From the NCBI GenBank assembly GCA_963766935.1, contig CAVYBY010000002.1, positions 289,372 to 353,371 of the forward strand: a DNA stretch of 64,000 nucleotides, written 5' to 3'. Positions within the stretch are counted from its first letter, which is position 1. Every line of letters begins with the position of its first letter. A program made the position numbers and the translations under genes. The notes below the pieces were generated by a model that was given only the letters and a program-made list of their open reading frames with translations, did not search any database and was not told the origin of the DNA. Shown here piece by piece: positions 37,104 through 53,222 of this stretch. This DNA comes from an uncultured Actinomycetes bacterium. GTDB taxonomy: Bacteria; Actinomycetota; UBA4738; HRBIN12.

Positions 37104-37687
37104 CCCGAATCCTCGTCATGTGCACCGGGAACATCTGCCGGTCCCCGATCGCGGCCGGACTCCTGCGGCACGCCCTCGTGGCGCGATTCGGGGAGTCCGC
37201 ACCGGAGATCACCTCGGCCGGCACGGCAGGGTGGGAAGGATCCGGCGCGGTTGCCGAGTCCGTGCAGGCCGCCTCCGAACGCGGCATCGACATCGCCGGT
37301 CATGTTGCGCGTCTGGTGACGAACGAGATGCTCCTTCAGGCGGATCTCATCGTCGCCATGGCGGCGGAGCACCGACTGGCGGTGATCGCGGACGTGCCCG
37401 AGGCCGAGCCGAGAACCTTCACGCTGAAGGAGCTGGTGCGCCTGTTGGGAACTCTGCCGGCGGCCGACGACGGAGCCGGTCCGGACGAGCTCGCCTCCCG
37501 GGTGGCGCAGGCGGCAGCGGTCAGGAGCACGATCCCGCCCACCGATCGTGACGAGGATGTGGCCGACCCGCTCGGCCAACCGATCAACAGCTACCGGGCG
37601 ATCGCCTGGGAGCTGGACGAGCTGATCGCCCGTTTGATGGACGGATTGTTCGGACCCTTGCCGCAGGGCGTTGCCGAGACCGGCTGA
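37100..37687 (+). CDS. Low-molecular-weight protein phosphatase (YwlE/PtpA-like)
   Basis: P-loop CTGNICRSP at residues 8-16. DP Asp near the C-terminus. ATGA overlap with tsaC. Confidence 0.85.
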   Translation: MTRILVMCTGNICRSPIAAGLLRHALVARFGESAPEITSAGTAGWEGSGAVAESVQAASERGIDIAGHVARLVTNEMLLQADLIVAMAAEHRLAVIADVPEAEPRTFTLKELVRLLGTLPAADDGAGPDELASRVAQAAAVRSTIPPTDRDEDVADPLGQPINSYRAIAWELDELIARLMDGLFGPLPQGVAETG

Positions 37688-37709
37688 CCGCGGCGAAACG
37701 GAGGAGCGA

Positions 37710-38975
37710 ATGCGCGAGTACGCGGGCGATTGGGAGTCCCTGAAGAAGACCGACCCGGATGTGGCTGCCGCGATCGCCGGCGAGCTCGAGCGAGAGCGCA
37801 CCACGCTGCGACTGATCGCATCCGAGAACTATGCGAGTCCCGCCGTCCTGGCCGCGGTCGGCTCGACGATGAACAACAAGTACGCGGAGGGGTATCCGGG
37901 CCGCCGCTACTACGGGGGCTGCGAGTTCGTCGACCAGACGGAGCAGCTGGCGATCGATCGCGCCAAAGAGCTGTTCGGCGCCGACCACGCCAACGTGCAG
38001 CCGCACGCCGGCGCCCAGGCCAACATGGCCGTGTTCGGGGCGTTTCTCCAGCCCGGGAACCAGGATCAGAAGGTGCTCGGGATGGTGCTCGCCCACGGCG
38101 GACACCTGACGCACGGCTCGCCGGTCAACGTGTCCGGCATGTGGTTCAACTTCGTCGGCTACGAGGTCGACCAAGAGAGCGAAGTGCTCGACATGGATCG
38201 CGTCCGGGACCTGGCCAAGAAGGAACGGCCGACGATCATCCTGGCCGGTTACACGGCCTACCCGCGCGAGATCGACTTCGCGGCGTTCCGGGAGATCGCC
38301 GACGAGGTCGGCGCCCTGTTGTGGGTGGACGCCTCCCACTTCATCGGTCTCGTTGCCGGCGGCGCGTTCCCCAACCCCGTCCCATATGCCGACGTGGTCA
38401 CGTCCACGACGCACAAGACGCTCCGGGGGCCACGCGGCGCGATGATCCTGTGCAAGGCAGAGCATGCGAAGGCCATCGACAAGGCCGTCTTCCCGATGAT
38501 GCAGGGCGGCCCGCTCGAGCATTGCATCGCCGGAAAGGCCGTCTGCCTCAAGGAAGCGATGGCGCCCGAGTTCGCCGACTACGCGCATCGGGTCGTTCGC
38601 AACGCGCGCGCGCTGGCCGCCGCGCTGGCCGACCAAGGAGTCAGGATCGTCTCGGGCGGCACCGACTCCCACCTGATGCTGGTCGACGTGCGCACGATCG
38701 GGATCGACGGCAAGCGGGCCGAGCAGCTGGCGGACGAGGTCGGGATCGCCTTGAACAAGAATCAGATCCCGTATGACCCGAACCCGCCGTCGGCACCGTC
38801 GGGAATCCGCGTCGGGACTCCGGGACCCTCGACGCTCGGCATGGACGAGCCCGAGATGCGAGAGATCGCGAGCATCCTCGGCGACGTCCTCGGCGCGCCC
38901 GACGACGGCGCGGTCAAGGACAAGGCCAGGGGCCGGGTCAAAGACCTGATGCGATCGTTCCCGGTCTATCCCTAG
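37710..38975 (+). CDS. glyA: Serine hydroxymethyltransferase
   Basis: GGAGG RBS. PLP-lysine motif [13 protein letters not shown], and SENYAS. Confidence 0.9.
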   Translation: MREYAGDWESLKKTDPDVAAAIAGELERERTTLRLIASENYASPAVLAAVGSTMNNKYAEGYPGRRYYGGCEFVDQTEQLAIDRAKELFGADHANVQPHAGAQANMAVFGAFLQPGNQDQKVLGMVLAHGGHLTHGSPVNVSGMWFNFVGYEVDQESEVLDMDRVRDLAKKERPTIILAGYTAYPREIDFAAFREIADEVGALLWVDASHFIGLVAGGAFPNPVPYADVVTSTTHKTLRGPRGAMILCKAEHAKAIDKAVFPMMQGGPLEHCIAGKAVCLKEAMAPEFADYAHRVVRNARALAAALADQGVRIVSGGTDSHLMLVDVRTIGIDGKRAEQLADEVGIALNKNQIPYDPNPPSAPSGIRVGTPGPSTLGMDEPEMREIASILGDVLGAPDDGAVKDKARGRVKDLMRSFPVYP

Positions 38976-39051
38976 TTCCGGCCCCATCTCCGGCCGCAGC
39001 CGCGCCAGATCGGTTGCCGGGCGGCCGTCCTCGCAGCACACTTGAGCCGTC

Positions 39052-40227
39052 GTGGGCGCCTATCTGCTGGTCTTCCTGGTCGCCGGGTTCTCGACGTTCG
39101 CGCTCACGCCACTCGTCCGTCGACTTGCGCTGCGGACCGGGGCCGTCGACATCCCGTCGAACCGCAAGGTCCATCCCGTACCCACGCCGACCTGGGGCGG
39201 TCTCGCGATGTACGGAGGCGTCGTCTTCGCGATCGTCACGTCCCAGGTGCTGCCGTTCTTCCGGCAGATGAACGAGGCGAGCGCCGAGCCGCGGGCCGCC
39301 GTGGTGACGTGCTCGCTGATGGTGGTGCTCGGGGCCATCGACGACAAGCGGGGCACGTCGGCACTCGCCAAGCTCACCGCCCAGGTCTTCATCGGCGGCG
39401 TCCTCGTGCTGATGGGGGTCCAGCTCGCCTACCTGTGGCTTCCCGGCTCGTACCAGTTCTTCCTGCTCGCCCCGGAGCAGGCCGTCCCGCTCACGATCCT
39501 ATGGGTGGCATTCCTCGCAAATGCCGTCAACCTGGTGGACGGGCTGGACGGCCTCGCCGCCGGCATGGTCGCGATCGCCGCCACCGCGTTCTTCATCTAC
39601 ATCGTGCGGTCCGACAGCGAGTTCGGCCAGGCATCCATCGGTGCGCTCCTCTCGGTGATCACCGCGGGGGTTTGCCTGGGATTCCTGCCCTGGAACTTCC
39701 ACCCGGCCCGGATCTTCATGGGCGACTCCGGGTCGCTGCTGCTCGGGATGCTGCTCGCGATCGCGACGATCTCCGGTCTGGGCCGCAACCCGTATCCACC
39801 CGCCGGCGGGGACCTCGTGGCGGTCGTGGGCACCGTCTTCGTGCCGCTTCTCGTGCTTGCCATCCCGGTGCTCGACGTCTTGCTGGCCGTCGTGCGGCGG
39901 ACCTGGCGCGGGCAGGGGATCGGCCACGCGGACAAAGAGCACATCCATCACCGGCTGCTGGACATCGGCCACGGACACCGGTCGGCCGTCCTGCTGATGT
40001 ATCTGTGGTCGGCGCTGTTTGCGGGAAGCGCGCTCGCCGTGGGTCTGATCGACGGCCGCCTCGCCGTCGGGGTCATCTTGCTCCTGGCATCGGTGCTGTT
40101 CCTGGTCACGGCTCTGCCGCGGCTGACCTCGCGCCACGACGTGGGGGCCGGCCCGGTGGATGACTCCCCGGACGGGCCCGCGAGCTTCGAGCCGCAGGCC
40201 CGAACGGGGTCGGACCAGGCGGGCTGA
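39052..40227 (+). CDS. wecA: UDP-GlcNAc:undecaprenyl-phosphate GlcNAc-1-phosphate transferase (WecA/Rfe; MraY/WecA GT4 family)
   Basis: 10-11 TM. Motifs NAVNLVDGLDGLA and FMGDSGSLLLG. Confidence 0.85.
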   Translation: MGAYLLVFLVAGFSTFALTPLVRRLALRTGAVDIPSNRKVHPVPTPTWGGLAMYGGVVFAIVTSQVLPFFRQMNEASAEPRAAVVTCSLMVVLGAIDDKRGTSALAKLTAQVFIGGVLVLMGVQLAYLWLPGSYQFFLLAPEQAVPLTILWVAFLANAVNLVDGLDGLAAGMVAIAATAFFIYIVRSDSEFGQASIGALLSVITAGVCLGFLPWNFHPARIFMGDSGSLLLGMLLAIATISGLGRNPYPPAGGDLVAVVGTVFVPLLVLAIPVLDVLLAVVRRTWRGQGIGHADKEHIHHRLLDIGHGHRSAVLLMYLWSALFAGSALAVGLIDGRLAVGVILLLASVLFLVTALPRLTSRHDVGAGPVDDSPDGPASFEPQARTGSDQAG

Positions 40228-40392
40228 CCACCGGCGGGGCCATCGAGAGCCGCTCCGCGAGAGCCGTGCCCCTTGTCCGTTCCGTACAAGTGGGGGAGGA
40301 TAGCCGTCCAGGCCCGGCGCTTCGCGCGGGTCGCGGGTGGTGCCATCATCGGCAGGCCCGACTGCAAGGCCGGCAGATTGCGCGAGGGGGGG

Positions 40393-41520
40393 GTGACCGT
40401 GTCCGAGGTCGACGTACGCCTCGAGCGGGTCAGCAAGCTGTTCGGGGACATGGCAGCGGTCGACGACCTGTCCCTCGACATCGAGGAGAACGAGTTCTTC
40501 TCGATGCTCGGGCCCTCGGGGTGCGGGAAGACCACGACGCTGCGCATGATCGGCGGCTTCGAGGAGCCCACCTTCGGGACCGTCTTCCTGGGCGGGCGCG
40601 ACGTCACCGATCTGCCCCCGTACAAGCGCGACGTCAACACGGTCTTCCAGTCCTACGCGTTGTTCCCCCATCTGAACGTGCACGAGAACGTCGCGTTCGG
40701 CCTGCGCCGCAAGAAGGTCGAGAAGTCAGAGATCGATTCGCGGGTGAAGGATGCGATGCGCCTCGTCGACCTCACGGGCTTCGAGGAGCGCAAGCCGAGC
40801 CAGATGTCGGGCGGCCAGCAGCAGCGGGTGGCGCTCGCCAGGGCGCTCGTGAACCGGCCGAAGGTGCTGTTGCTCGACGAGCCGCTGGGAGCGCTGGACC
40901 TGAAGCTGCGCAAGCAGATGCAGCTCGAGCTCAAGACGATCCAGCAGGAGGTCGGGATCACCTTCATCTACGTGACCCACGACCAGGAAGAGGCCATGAC
41001 GATGTCGGACCGCTTCGCCGTCATGCGCCGCGGAAAGATCGAGCAGCTGGGAACGCCGGAGGATGTGTACGAGAACCCCGCGACCGAGTTCGTGGCGGGG
41101 TTCCTCGGCGCGTCGAACCTGCTCGACGGCGAGCTCTCCGGCGGCAACGGCACCGCGACCGTGCGTCTGCCCGGCGGTGAGGTCATCGGCGTGCCGAGCG
41201 AACGCATCCCCGACGGCACCTCCAGCAGCGTGAAGGTCGGGGTCCGCCCGGAGAAGGTCTCGGTCGAGCCGGCCGAGGGGGCGCCGGCGACGACCGACAA
41301 CACCGTGACCGGACTGCTTCGCATGTCCACCTACATCGGCGTGAGCCACCAGTACAAGGTCGAAGGGCCCGGCGGAACCGAGCTGACGGTGTACGTCCAG
41401 AACCTCGGCGCGAGCCGGGCCCCGGCCCCCGGCGAGAAGGTCCGGCTGACATGGCGTCCGGAGCACACGTTCGTCGTCCGGCCGTCGACGGAGATCTCGG
41501 AAGAGGAGGAAGAGGAATGA
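40393..41520 (+). CDS. potA: Spermidine/putrescine ABC transporter ATP-binding protein (PotA-like), copy 2
   Basis: GTG after [44 protein letters not shown], and TOBE domain. An acidic EEEEE tail. Confidence 0.9.
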   Translation: MTVSEVDVRLERVSKLFGDMAAVDDLSLDIEENEFFSMLGPSGCGKTTTLRMIGGFEEPTFGTVFLGGRDVTDLPPYKRDVNTVFQSYALFPHLNVHENVAFGLRRKKVEKSEIDSRVKDAMRLVDLTGFEERKPSQMSGGQQQRVALARALVNRPKVLLLDEPLGALDLKLRKQMQLELKTIQQEVGITFIYVTHDQEEAMTMSDRFAVMRRGKIEQLGTPEDVYENPATEFVAGFLGASNLLDGELSGGNGTATVRLPGGEVIGVPSERIPDGTSSSVKVGVRPEKVSVEPAEGAPATTDNTVTGLLRMSTYIGVSHQYKVEGPGGTELTVYVQNLGASRAPAPGEKVRLTWRPEHTFVVRPSTEISEEEEEE

Positions 41521-42776
41521 CGGATCGTGAGGCGCTCGACCCCGCGCTCCTTCGGGGACTGACCAACAGCCGGCTGACGCGGCGTCAGCTCTTCCGCTAC
41601 GCGGGGGCGGCCGGGGGGGCACTGGGTCTGTCCTCGTTCCTCGCCGCCTGCGGAACCAAGGGGGTCACGCCCGGGGGCGGCAGCAACTCGCCGCTCCCCA
41701 ACGACGGGATGGGCACGCCCGAGTGGTGGGACCAGCAGACGCTCGCCAAGACGCTCGACTTCGACAACTGGCCCTACTACATGGACATCGGCAAGAACCA
41801 GTCCCACCCGTCCCTCGACATGTTCACGGCCGACACCGGCATCAAGGTCAACTACACCGAGAACATCGAGGACAACCCCTCGTACTGGGCGATCGTCCGT
41901 CCGCAGCTCCAGGCCGGGAACAACATCGGTCATGACATCGTCGTGCTCACCAACAACGACTACCCGCTCGGCCTGCTGCTGAACTTCGGGTGGGCGATCC
42001 CGCTGGACCACCGCAACATGCCGAACTTCGACCAGTACGCGAGCGACCTCGTGACCGACCCGTCGTGGGACCCCGGCAACAAGTACACGATGGCCTGGCA
42101 GTCGGGATACACGCTCGTCGCCTACAACACGAAGTACATCAAAGAGGACATCACCAGCGTCAAGTCCCTGTTCGATCCCAAGTACAAGGGCAAGATCGGG
42201 ATGTTCAGCAACGCGAGCGAGCTGGGGAGCTTCGGGCTCCTCGCCAACGGCATCGACCCGTCCACGTCGACGGTCGACGACTGGCACACGGCGGCCGACA
42301 CGCTCACCGAGCAGAAGTCGATCGTCCGCTCCTACTACGACCAGGGCTACATCAAGGCGCTGAAGCAAGAAGAGACCTGGATCTCGATGGCCTGGTCCGG
42401 CGACATCTTCCAGGCGAACCTCCAGGGCTTCGACACCCTGAAGGCCGTCGTGCCGCAGGACGGGGCGATGTTCTGGACGGACAACATGCTCATGCCGTAC
42501 ACGGCCCAGCACCCGCTCGACGCGATGACCTACATGGATTACGTGTACGACCCGAAGGTTCAGGCGCTGATCGAGGACTACAACAACTACGTGTGCCCCG
42601 TCCCCTCGGCCAAGGACATCATCGCAAACGCTCTGGACGATCCGGACGTCGCGAACAGCCCGCTGGTGTTCCCCGACGCCGAGATGGTGTCGCTGTCGAA
42701 GGACTACTACCAGTGGAAAGACTCCCAGGACCTGACCGCGTGGAACGACATCTTCGTCCCGATCTACCAGGGGTAG
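41517..42776 (+). CDS. potD: PotD/PotF-like polyamine-binding lipoprotein with Tat signal, copy 2
   Basis: ATGA overlap. Twin-arginine motif [13 protein letters not shown] plus lipobox LAAC. SBP fold motifs. Confidence 0.9.
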   Translation: MTDREALDPALLRGLTNSRLTRRQLFRYAGAAGGALGLSSFLAACGTKGVTPGGGSNSPLPNDGMGTPEWWDQQTLAKTLDFDNWPYYMDIGKNQSHPSLDMFTADTGIKVNYTENIEDNPSYWAIVRPQLQAGNNIGHDIVVLTNNDYPLGLLLNFGWAIPLDHRNMPNFDQYASDLVTDPSWDPGNKYTMAWQSGYTLVAYNTKYIKEDITSVKSLFDPKYKGKIGMFSNASELGSFGLLANGIDPSTSTVDDWHTAADTLTEQKSIVRSYYDQGYIKALKQEETWISMAWSGDIFQANLQGFDTLKAVVPQDGAMFWTDNMLMPYTAQHPLDAMTYMDYVYDPKVQALIEDYNNYVCPVPSAKDIIANALDDPDVANSPLVFPDAEMVSLSKDYYQWKDSQDLTAWNDIFVPIYQG

Positions 42777-42805
42777 CGCCCCGGCGGAAAGCAAAGGGCC
42801 GCCCG

Positions 42806-43648
42806 ATGCTGGGGGCCTATCTCCTCGGCGCGCCGGGGAGCCTCTGGCTGGTGGTGCTCTTCGTCGTCCCGCTCTTCACCATGCTGTCGCTGTCGCTGCA
42901 GACGTGCGACGTGGCGACCCTCGCCTGCCGGCTGACGTGGCACTTCGGCGAGTTCAGCGAGGTGATCAGCCGGTACCACACGCACCTGGTTCGGTCGATC
43001 ATCTACGCGGGGGTGGCCACGGTCGTCGACCTCGCCGTCGCGTTCCCGCTGGCGTACTGGATCGCCTTCTACGGCGGGCGGAGGAAGAACTTCTTCCTCC
43101 TGATGATGCTGGTGCCGTTCTTCGTGTCGTTCGTCATCCGGACCGTGGCCTGGCAGTTCCTGCTCTCGGACCACGGCATCGTCCTCGCGCCGCTCAAGAG
43201 CCTCGGGCTGCTGTCGGAGAACTACCACGTGCTCGCCACGTGGATCGCCGTCGTGGCCGGGATCGCCTACAACTACCTTCCCTTCACGGCGCTGCCGCTC
43301 TACGTCGCCCTCGAGCGGATCGACCCGAAGGTCGTGGAGGCGGCCGGCGACCTCTACGCGAGCCGGCGGAGCGTCTTCCTGCGCGTGGTCTTCCCGCTTG
43401 CGATCCCCGGCATCTTCGCTGCCTTCCTCCTCACCTTCGTGCCGGCGGCCGGGGACTTCGTGAACGCGGCGATCCTCGGCGGAACCGGGAACACGATGAT
43501 CGGCAACGTGATCCAGAGCGCGTTCCTCGTCGAGAGCGACTATCCGACGGCGTCGGCGCTCTCGGCGATCCTGATGGCCGCCATGCTCGTGGGGATCTTC
43601 GCCTACGCGAAGGTCCTCGGCTCGAGGACGATCGAGGAGTACGTGTGA
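42806..43648 (+). CDS. potB: Polyamine ABC transporter permease (PotB-like), copy 2
   Basis: 6 TM. EAA loop VEAAGDLYASRRSVFLRVVFP. Confidence 0.9.
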   Translation: MLGAYLLGAPGSLWLVVLFVVPLFTMLSLSLQTCDVATLACRLTWHFGEFSEVISRYHTHLVRSIIYAGVATVVDLAVAFPLAYWIAFYGGRRKNFFLLMMLVPFFVSFVIRTVAWQFLLSDHGIVLAPLKSLGLLSENYHVLATWIAVVAGIAYNYLPFTALPLYVALERIDPKVVEAAGDLYASRRSVFLRVVFPLAIPGIFAAFLLTFVPAAGDFVNAAILGGTGNTMIGNVIQSAFLVESDYPTASALSAILMAAMLVGIFAYAKVLGSRTIEEYV

Positions 43649-44532
43649 GCGCGAGCGCCGAGGTCGCGGGATCGGACATCACGGCCGCGGGGACCGGCGA
43701 GCCTCGCCGCCGCGGCACCAAGCGGCGATGGACCTCGTTCATCCTGCCCGCCTATGCCTGGGTCGTGATCGTCTATCTGCTGATCCCGATCGCGTTCATG
43801 GTCCTCTACAGCTTCAACCAGTCGCACTCGCGGCTCCCACAGGTGAACTTCAAGTGGGAGGGGTTCACCCTGCGCTGGTACAGGGACTGGAACGAGATCC
43901 CGGGCCTCACGCCGGCATTCTTCCGCTCCATCAAGCTCGGGGTGGTGAGCACCGTCGTCTCCGGCATCCTCGGGACCCTGCTCGCGCTGGCGCTCGTGCG
44001 CTACAAGTTCCGCGGTAAGGGTGCGGTCGAACAGCTGATGTTCATGAACATCGCGGCTCCCGAGATCGTGATGGGCGCCTCGCTCCTGGGGTTCTTCATC
44101 ACGATCGGACTGTCCACCGGGTTCGTCACGCTGGTCCTGGCCCACGTCATGTTCTGCATCGCCTACGTCACGATCACCGTGCGCGCCCGCCTCTCCGGCT
44201 ACGACCTGAACGTCGAGTGGGCGGCCCAGGACCTGGGCGCGACGCCGTGGGTCACCTTCTGGAAGGTGACGCTGCCGCTCATCTACCCAGGGATCATGGC
44301 GGGAGCGCTGCTGGCCTTCGCGCTGTCCATCGACGACTTCGTGACGTCGTCGTTCGTGGCCGGCAACAGCCAGACCTTCCCGCTGTGGGTCTACTCGGCG
44401 GTGCGGGTGGGCATCCCGCCGCAGGTGTTCGTCCTGGGGACCGCGATCTTCGTGGCCGGCATGGCCATCGCGCTCGCCAACGTCATCGGGGGGATGCGTC
44501 GTACCGGCCGATCGGAGGGTGCGGCCGCGTAG
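43645..44532 (+). CDS. potC: Polyamine ABC transporter permease (PotC-like), copy 2
   Basis: GTGA overlap. EAA loop EWAAQDLGATPWVTFWKVTLP. Confidence 0.9.
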   Translation: MSASAEVAGSDITAAGTGEPRRRGTKRRWTSFILPAYAWVVIVYLLIPIAFMVLYSFNQSHSRLPQVNFKWEGFTLRWYRDWNEIPGLTPAFFRSIKLGVVSTVVSGILGTLLALALVRYKFRGKGAVEQLMFMNIAAPEIVMGASLLGFFITIGLSTGFVTLVLAHVMFCIAYVTITVRARLSGYDLNVEWAAQDLGATPWVTFWKVTLPLIYPGIMAGALLAFALSIDDFVTSSFVAGNSQTFPLWVYSAVRVGIPPQVFVLGTAIFVAGMAIALANVIGGMRRTGRSEGAAA

Positions 44533-44620
44533 TCGTCGCGTCGGGCCGCCCAGTTCGTGAAACCGTTCACAAGCGCGCAAGATCACCCCCTCTGACCTGC
44601 GGAAACGGGCTCCCTGCGCT

Positions 44621-44649
44621 TTGACGGGCTCACGGGCCCCGCATATACT
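44621..44649 (+). promoter_or_regulatory. Near-consensus housekeeping promoter TTGACG-N17-TATACT upstream of the atp operon
   Basis: TTGACG at 44621-26, 17-nt spacer, TATACT at 44644-49. An inverted repeat GTGAA-ACCG-TTCAC lies at 44557-70. Confidence 0.45.
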
Positions 44650-44658
44650 GTGGCGCTC

Positions 44659-44895
44659 ATGACCGCTCATCATGCCCGGGGAGATGCTTGGGCCGGCATG
44701 GGCGAAGGATGGGCGATCACCTCGACATTCGTCGCTGCGATCGGGCTTTGGGGCGGCCTCGGATACCTGGCCGACCGGTTGATCGGAACCACGCCGGCCT
44801 TGTTCGTCATCGGCATGGTCGTCGGCGCCGCCGCAGGGACGTATCTCGTCTGGCTGCGATACGGAAGGGAAGAGGGTGGCGGTACCGGAACCTGA
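44659..44895 (+). CDS. AtpZ/AtpI-family small membrane protein (two TM)
   Basis: Two hydrophobic helices. Located directly upstream of the atp genes. The start is uncertain (ATG 44659 or 44698). Confidence 0.55.
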   Translation: MTAHHARGDAWAGMGEGWAITSTFVAAIGLWGGLGYLADRLIGTTPALFVIGMVVGAAAGTYLVWLRYGREEGGGTGT

Positions 44896-45294
44896 GCGCG
44901 AACTCATCCGCCGCATCGCGCCGTTCTCCCCGCTGGCGGCCGTCGTGGCGTTCCTTTTGGGTGCCGTGCTCTCCGGACCGGCGGCCGGCTGGTCGGCGGT
45001 CATCGGAGTGGCCGTGGTTCTCGCGAATTTCATCGCCCACGGTCTCTCGCTCTCGTGGGCGGCCAAGATCTCTCCGACCGTTCTGTTCGCCGTCGGGCTC
45101 GGCGGGTTCATCGTGCGGCTGGCGGTGATCGCGCTGGTCGTGGTCGCGCTGGATGAGCTTGGTTGGTTCTCCGTGGTCGCATTTGCCGCCGCCGTCGTGC
45201 CGTCGACGATCGTGCTGCTGGGCGTCGAGATGAAGGTGCTGTCGGGTCGCTTGCAGGCCGATCTCTGGAACTTCGACAGGGGCGTCGCATCGCG

Positions 45295-45298
<4 letters not shown>
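44876..45298 (+). CDS. atpI: ATP synthase protein I-like membrane protein
   Basis: 140 aa, 4 TM. Overlaps the previous ORF by 20 nt. ATGA overlap with atpB. Confidence 0.6.
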
Positions 45299-46354
<1,056 letters not shown>

Positions 46355-46366
46355 AGGGGCCGGGCG

Positions 46367-46930
46367 ATGTTCTCTTTGATCGGAGTCGGACTGGTCGCGG
46401 CCGAAGCGGTCAGCGACAAGAACGACCTCTATCCGCATTGGAACGAGTTGATCGTCGGCGCCGTCGCGTTCGCCGTGCTCTACGTCTTCATGTGGAAGTG
46501 GGTGCTGCCGCAGATCGGCAAGCTCCTCGAGGAGCGCCGTGCCGCGATCCAGGGAAACATGGAGAAGGCCGAGGCGACACGTTCGGAGGCGGATCAGATC
46601 CTCGCCGAGTACCGCGAGCAGCTCACCGGCGCGCGCGACGAAGCCAACCGGGTCATCGAGGAGGCCCGGCGCATGGCCGAGCAGGTTCGCCGCGATCTCC
46701 AGGAGCGGGCCGAGGACGAGGCCGCGGCCACGGTCACCCGCGCTCAGGAAGAGATCCGCAACGAGCGCGACCGTGCGCTCGAGGAGCTGCGGGCACAGGT
46801 CAAGGAGATCGCCGTCGAGCTGGCCGGACGCGTCGTCGGACAGACCATCGATCCGGCAACGCACGAGCGCCTCATCGACGAGTACATCGACGAGGTCGCC
46901 CACACGTCGAACGGGAAGCACGAGCCGTGA
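46367..46930 (+). CDS. atpF: F0F1 ATP synthase subunit b
   Basis: N-terminal TM, then a long charged coiled coil. Confidence 0.9.
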   Translation: MFSLIGVGLVAAEAVSDKNDLYPHWNELIVGAVAFAVLYVFMWKWVLPQIGKLLEERRAAIQGNMEKAEATRSEADQILAEYREQLTGARDEANRVIEEARRMAEQVRRDLQERAEDEAAATVTRAQEEIRNERDRALEELRAQVKEIAVELAGRVVGQTIDPATHERLIDEYIDEVAHTSNGKHEP

Positions 46931-47463
46931 CGGACGACCGCCTGATCCAGGGTTACGCGGAGGCGCTCTTCGCGGTGGCCGACGCCGAGGGCGTCCTGCC
47001 CACCGTCGAGAACGAGCTGTACGGCTTCGCGCGGGCGCTCGAGCAGAACCACGAGCTCCGCGAGGCGCTGACGGATGCGTCCTTGCCGGTGGAGAACAAG
47101 AAGACGGTCGTGCGGGAGCTGATCGGTCACCGGGCGAATCCGGTGACCGTCAACGTGCTGGGGTTTGCGATCGACGCCGGCCGGGCCCGAGAGCTGCCGA
47201 AGATCGTCGATGCGCTCGCCGAGCGCGCGGCCGCGGAGCGCCAGCACCGGGTGGCCGAGGTCCGGACCGCCGTGCCGCTCACGGACGAGCAGCGCCAACG
47301 GCTCGCCGAGGCGCTCGGGAAGGCCACGCACAGCCAGATCGACGTGAAGGTGGTCGTGGATACGAGCGTGATCGGCGGCGTGGTCGCTCGCATCGGCGAC
47401 GAGGTCTTCGACGGCTCGATCCGCCGCCGGCTGGATCAGGCGAAAGAGCGACTGGGGAGCTAG
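46927..47463 (+). CDS. atpH: F0F1 ATP synthase subunit delta
   Basis: GTGA overlap. OSCP fold with C-terminal [16 protein letters not shown]. Confidence 0.85.
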   Translation: MTDDRLIQGYAEALFAVADAEGVLPTVENELYGFARALEQNHELREALTDASLPVENKKTVVRELIGHRANPVTVNVLGFAIDAGRARELPKIVDALAERAAAERQHRVAEVRTAVPLTDEQRQRLAEALGKATHSQIDVKVVVDTSVIGGVVARIGDEVFDGSIRRRLDQAKERLGS

Positions 47464-47465
47464 GG

Positions 47466-51451
<3,986 letters not shown>

Positions 51452-51465
51452 CCGGGCGGTCGTCG

Positions 51466-51879
51466 ATGGCGCTCGAGGTTCACGTCGTCACGCCCGAGAG
51501 GGAACTCTGGTCGGGCGAAGCCGATATGGTCGTCGGGCGCGGCGTCGACGGCGAGGTCGGCATCCTGCAGGGCCACCAGCCGCTCCTCCTCCAGCTGGCG
51601 ATCGGCGCCCTCCGCGTCTATCTGCCCGGCGGTTCGTCGGAGGTCGTCGTCGTTGTCGACGGTGGCTTCCTTCACGTGGCGAACGAAGAGGGGGGCACCA
51701 GGGTCGACGTGCTGGCTTCGTACGCCGAGATGGAGGACGAGGTCGACGTGGAGGCCGCTCGCGTGCGCGCGGCGGAGATCCAGGCCCACTTGGCCGGCAC
51801 CGATCTCACCGACGACCAGATCGAGTCGGGGAAGGCGGAGCTGCAGAAAGCGGTCCTGCGGATGGGGCTCGCCGGCTGA
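51466..51879 (+). CDS. atpC: F0F1 ATP synthase subunit epsilon
   Basis: 137 aa. Beta-sandwich N-terminus and C-terminal helices. Confidence 0.9.
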   Translation: MALEVHVVTPERELWSGEADMVVGRGVDGEVGILQGHQPLLLQLAIGALRVYLPGGSSEVVVVVDGGFLHVANEEGGTRVDVLASYAEMEDEVDVEAARVRAAEIQAHLAGTDLTDDQIESGKAELQKAVLRMGLAG

Positions 51880-51944
51880 TCGTAGGCCCCCGGCGGGAGG
51901 GGAACGGGCCGAATCGCGGTCCGGGGCGCCTTCCGGGCAATACC

Positions 51945-53222
51945 ATGGACTCGATGGATCGGCTCTTCGTCACCGGGGGGGCGCGCCTGGCCGGCTCCGT
52001 CCGGGTCTCGGGCGCCAAGAATGCTGCCCCAAAGCTCATGGCGGCGTCCATGCTCGCCCCGGGCACGAGCGTGGTCCGAAACGTCCCGCGTGTGAGCGAC
52101 CGGGCCGTGATGGCCGAGATCCTCGAGCACCTCGGCGTCGGCGTGTCCCAAGAGGGTGACGCCGTCGTCCTCGACACCACCGAGGTGACGGGCGTCGAGG
52201 CGCCCCACGACCTGGTTCGCCGGATGCGCGCGTCGATCGTGGTGCTCGGTCCGCTGCTGGCGCGGTGCGGACGGGCGCGAGTGTCGCTGCCCGGCGGCGA
52301 CGAGATCGGGGCCCGCCCCGTCGACCTGCATGTGCGCGGGCTCCAGCGGATGGGAGCCGCGGTCCGCTCCGAGCACGGGTTCCTGATCGCGGAGGCGGCG
52401 ACGCTGCACGGCGCCGTCCTCACCCTCGACTACCCGAGCGTGACGGCGACGGAGAACCTGATGATGGCGGCCACGACGGCGCGCGGCACGACCGTCATCG
52501 ACAACGCGGCCCGCGAGCCCGAGGTGGCCGACCTTGCCGAGTTCCTGCGGGCCATGGGCGCGATGGTGGACGGCGCCGGAACGTCGACGATCGAGATCCA
52601 GGGTGTCGACGAGCTGCACCCGGCCGAGCACACGACCATGCCCGACCGGATCGAGGCCGGGACGTGGGCGGCGGCCGCGGTCGCGACGAGCGGCGACGTC
52701 ACCATCGAGAACGCCCGGCCCGATCACATGGAGCTGCTGCTCACCAAGCTCTCCGACGCCGGGGCCGAGGTCTCGATGACGGACGCGGGTCTGCGCATCC
52801 TCCAGGTGGACCGCCCGCGCGCGGTCGATTTCGTGACCCTGCCGTATCCGGGCATCGCCACCGATTTCCAGCCGATCCTGATGGCGACGCTCTCGATCGC
52901 CGAAGGGACGAGCATCGCCACCGAGAACGTCTTCGAGGCACGCTTCCTCTACGTCGGCGAGCTCCAGCGCATGGGGGCCGACATCCGGACCGAGGGGCAC
53001 CACGCCGTGATCCGCGGGGTGGAGCGGCTCTCCGCCGCGCCGGTGCGCGCGCTCGACATCCGGGCCGGCGCGGCAATGGCGATCGCCGGGCTCGCGGCCG
53101 ACGGCGTGACCGAGATCGTCGACATGCACCACGTGGATCGCGGCTACGAGGACTTCGAGAAGAAGCTCGAGCGGCTCGGCGCCGAGGTCAGACGGGAGCG
53201 CGAGCTCCTCGTACTTCCGTGA
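51945..53222 (+). CDS. murA: UDP-N-acetylglucosamine 1-carboxyvinyltransferase
   Basis: GAKNAAPK N-terminal motif, catalytic Cys region, C-terminal DRGYE. Confidence 0.9.
   Translation: MDSMDRLFVTGGARLAGSVRVSGAKNAAPKLMAASMLAPGTSVVRNVPRVSDRAVMAEILEHLGVGVSQEGDAVVLDTTEVTGVEAPHDLVRRMRASIVVLGPLLARCGRARVSLPGGDEIGARPVDLHVRGLQRMGAAVRSEHGFLIAEAATLHGAVLTLDYPSVTATENLMMAATTARGTTVIDNAAREPEVADLAEFLRAMGAMVDGAGTSTIEIQGVDELHPAEHTTMPDRIEAGTWAAAAVATSGDVTIENARPDHMELLLTKLSDAGAEVSMTDAGLRILQVDRPRAVDFVTLPYPGIATDFQPILMATLSIAEGTSIATENVFEARFLYVGELQRMGADIRTEGHHAVIRGVERLSAAPVRALDIRAGAAMAIAGLAADGVTEIVDMHHVDRGYEDFEKKLERLGAEVRRERELLVLP

Noticed and set aside
44650-44658. GTG at 44650 as the start of the atpZ-like ORF (as in the ORF track)
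   Set aside because: It would overlap the -10 hexamer of the strong predicted promoter. The downstream ATGs (44659 or 44698) are more consistent.
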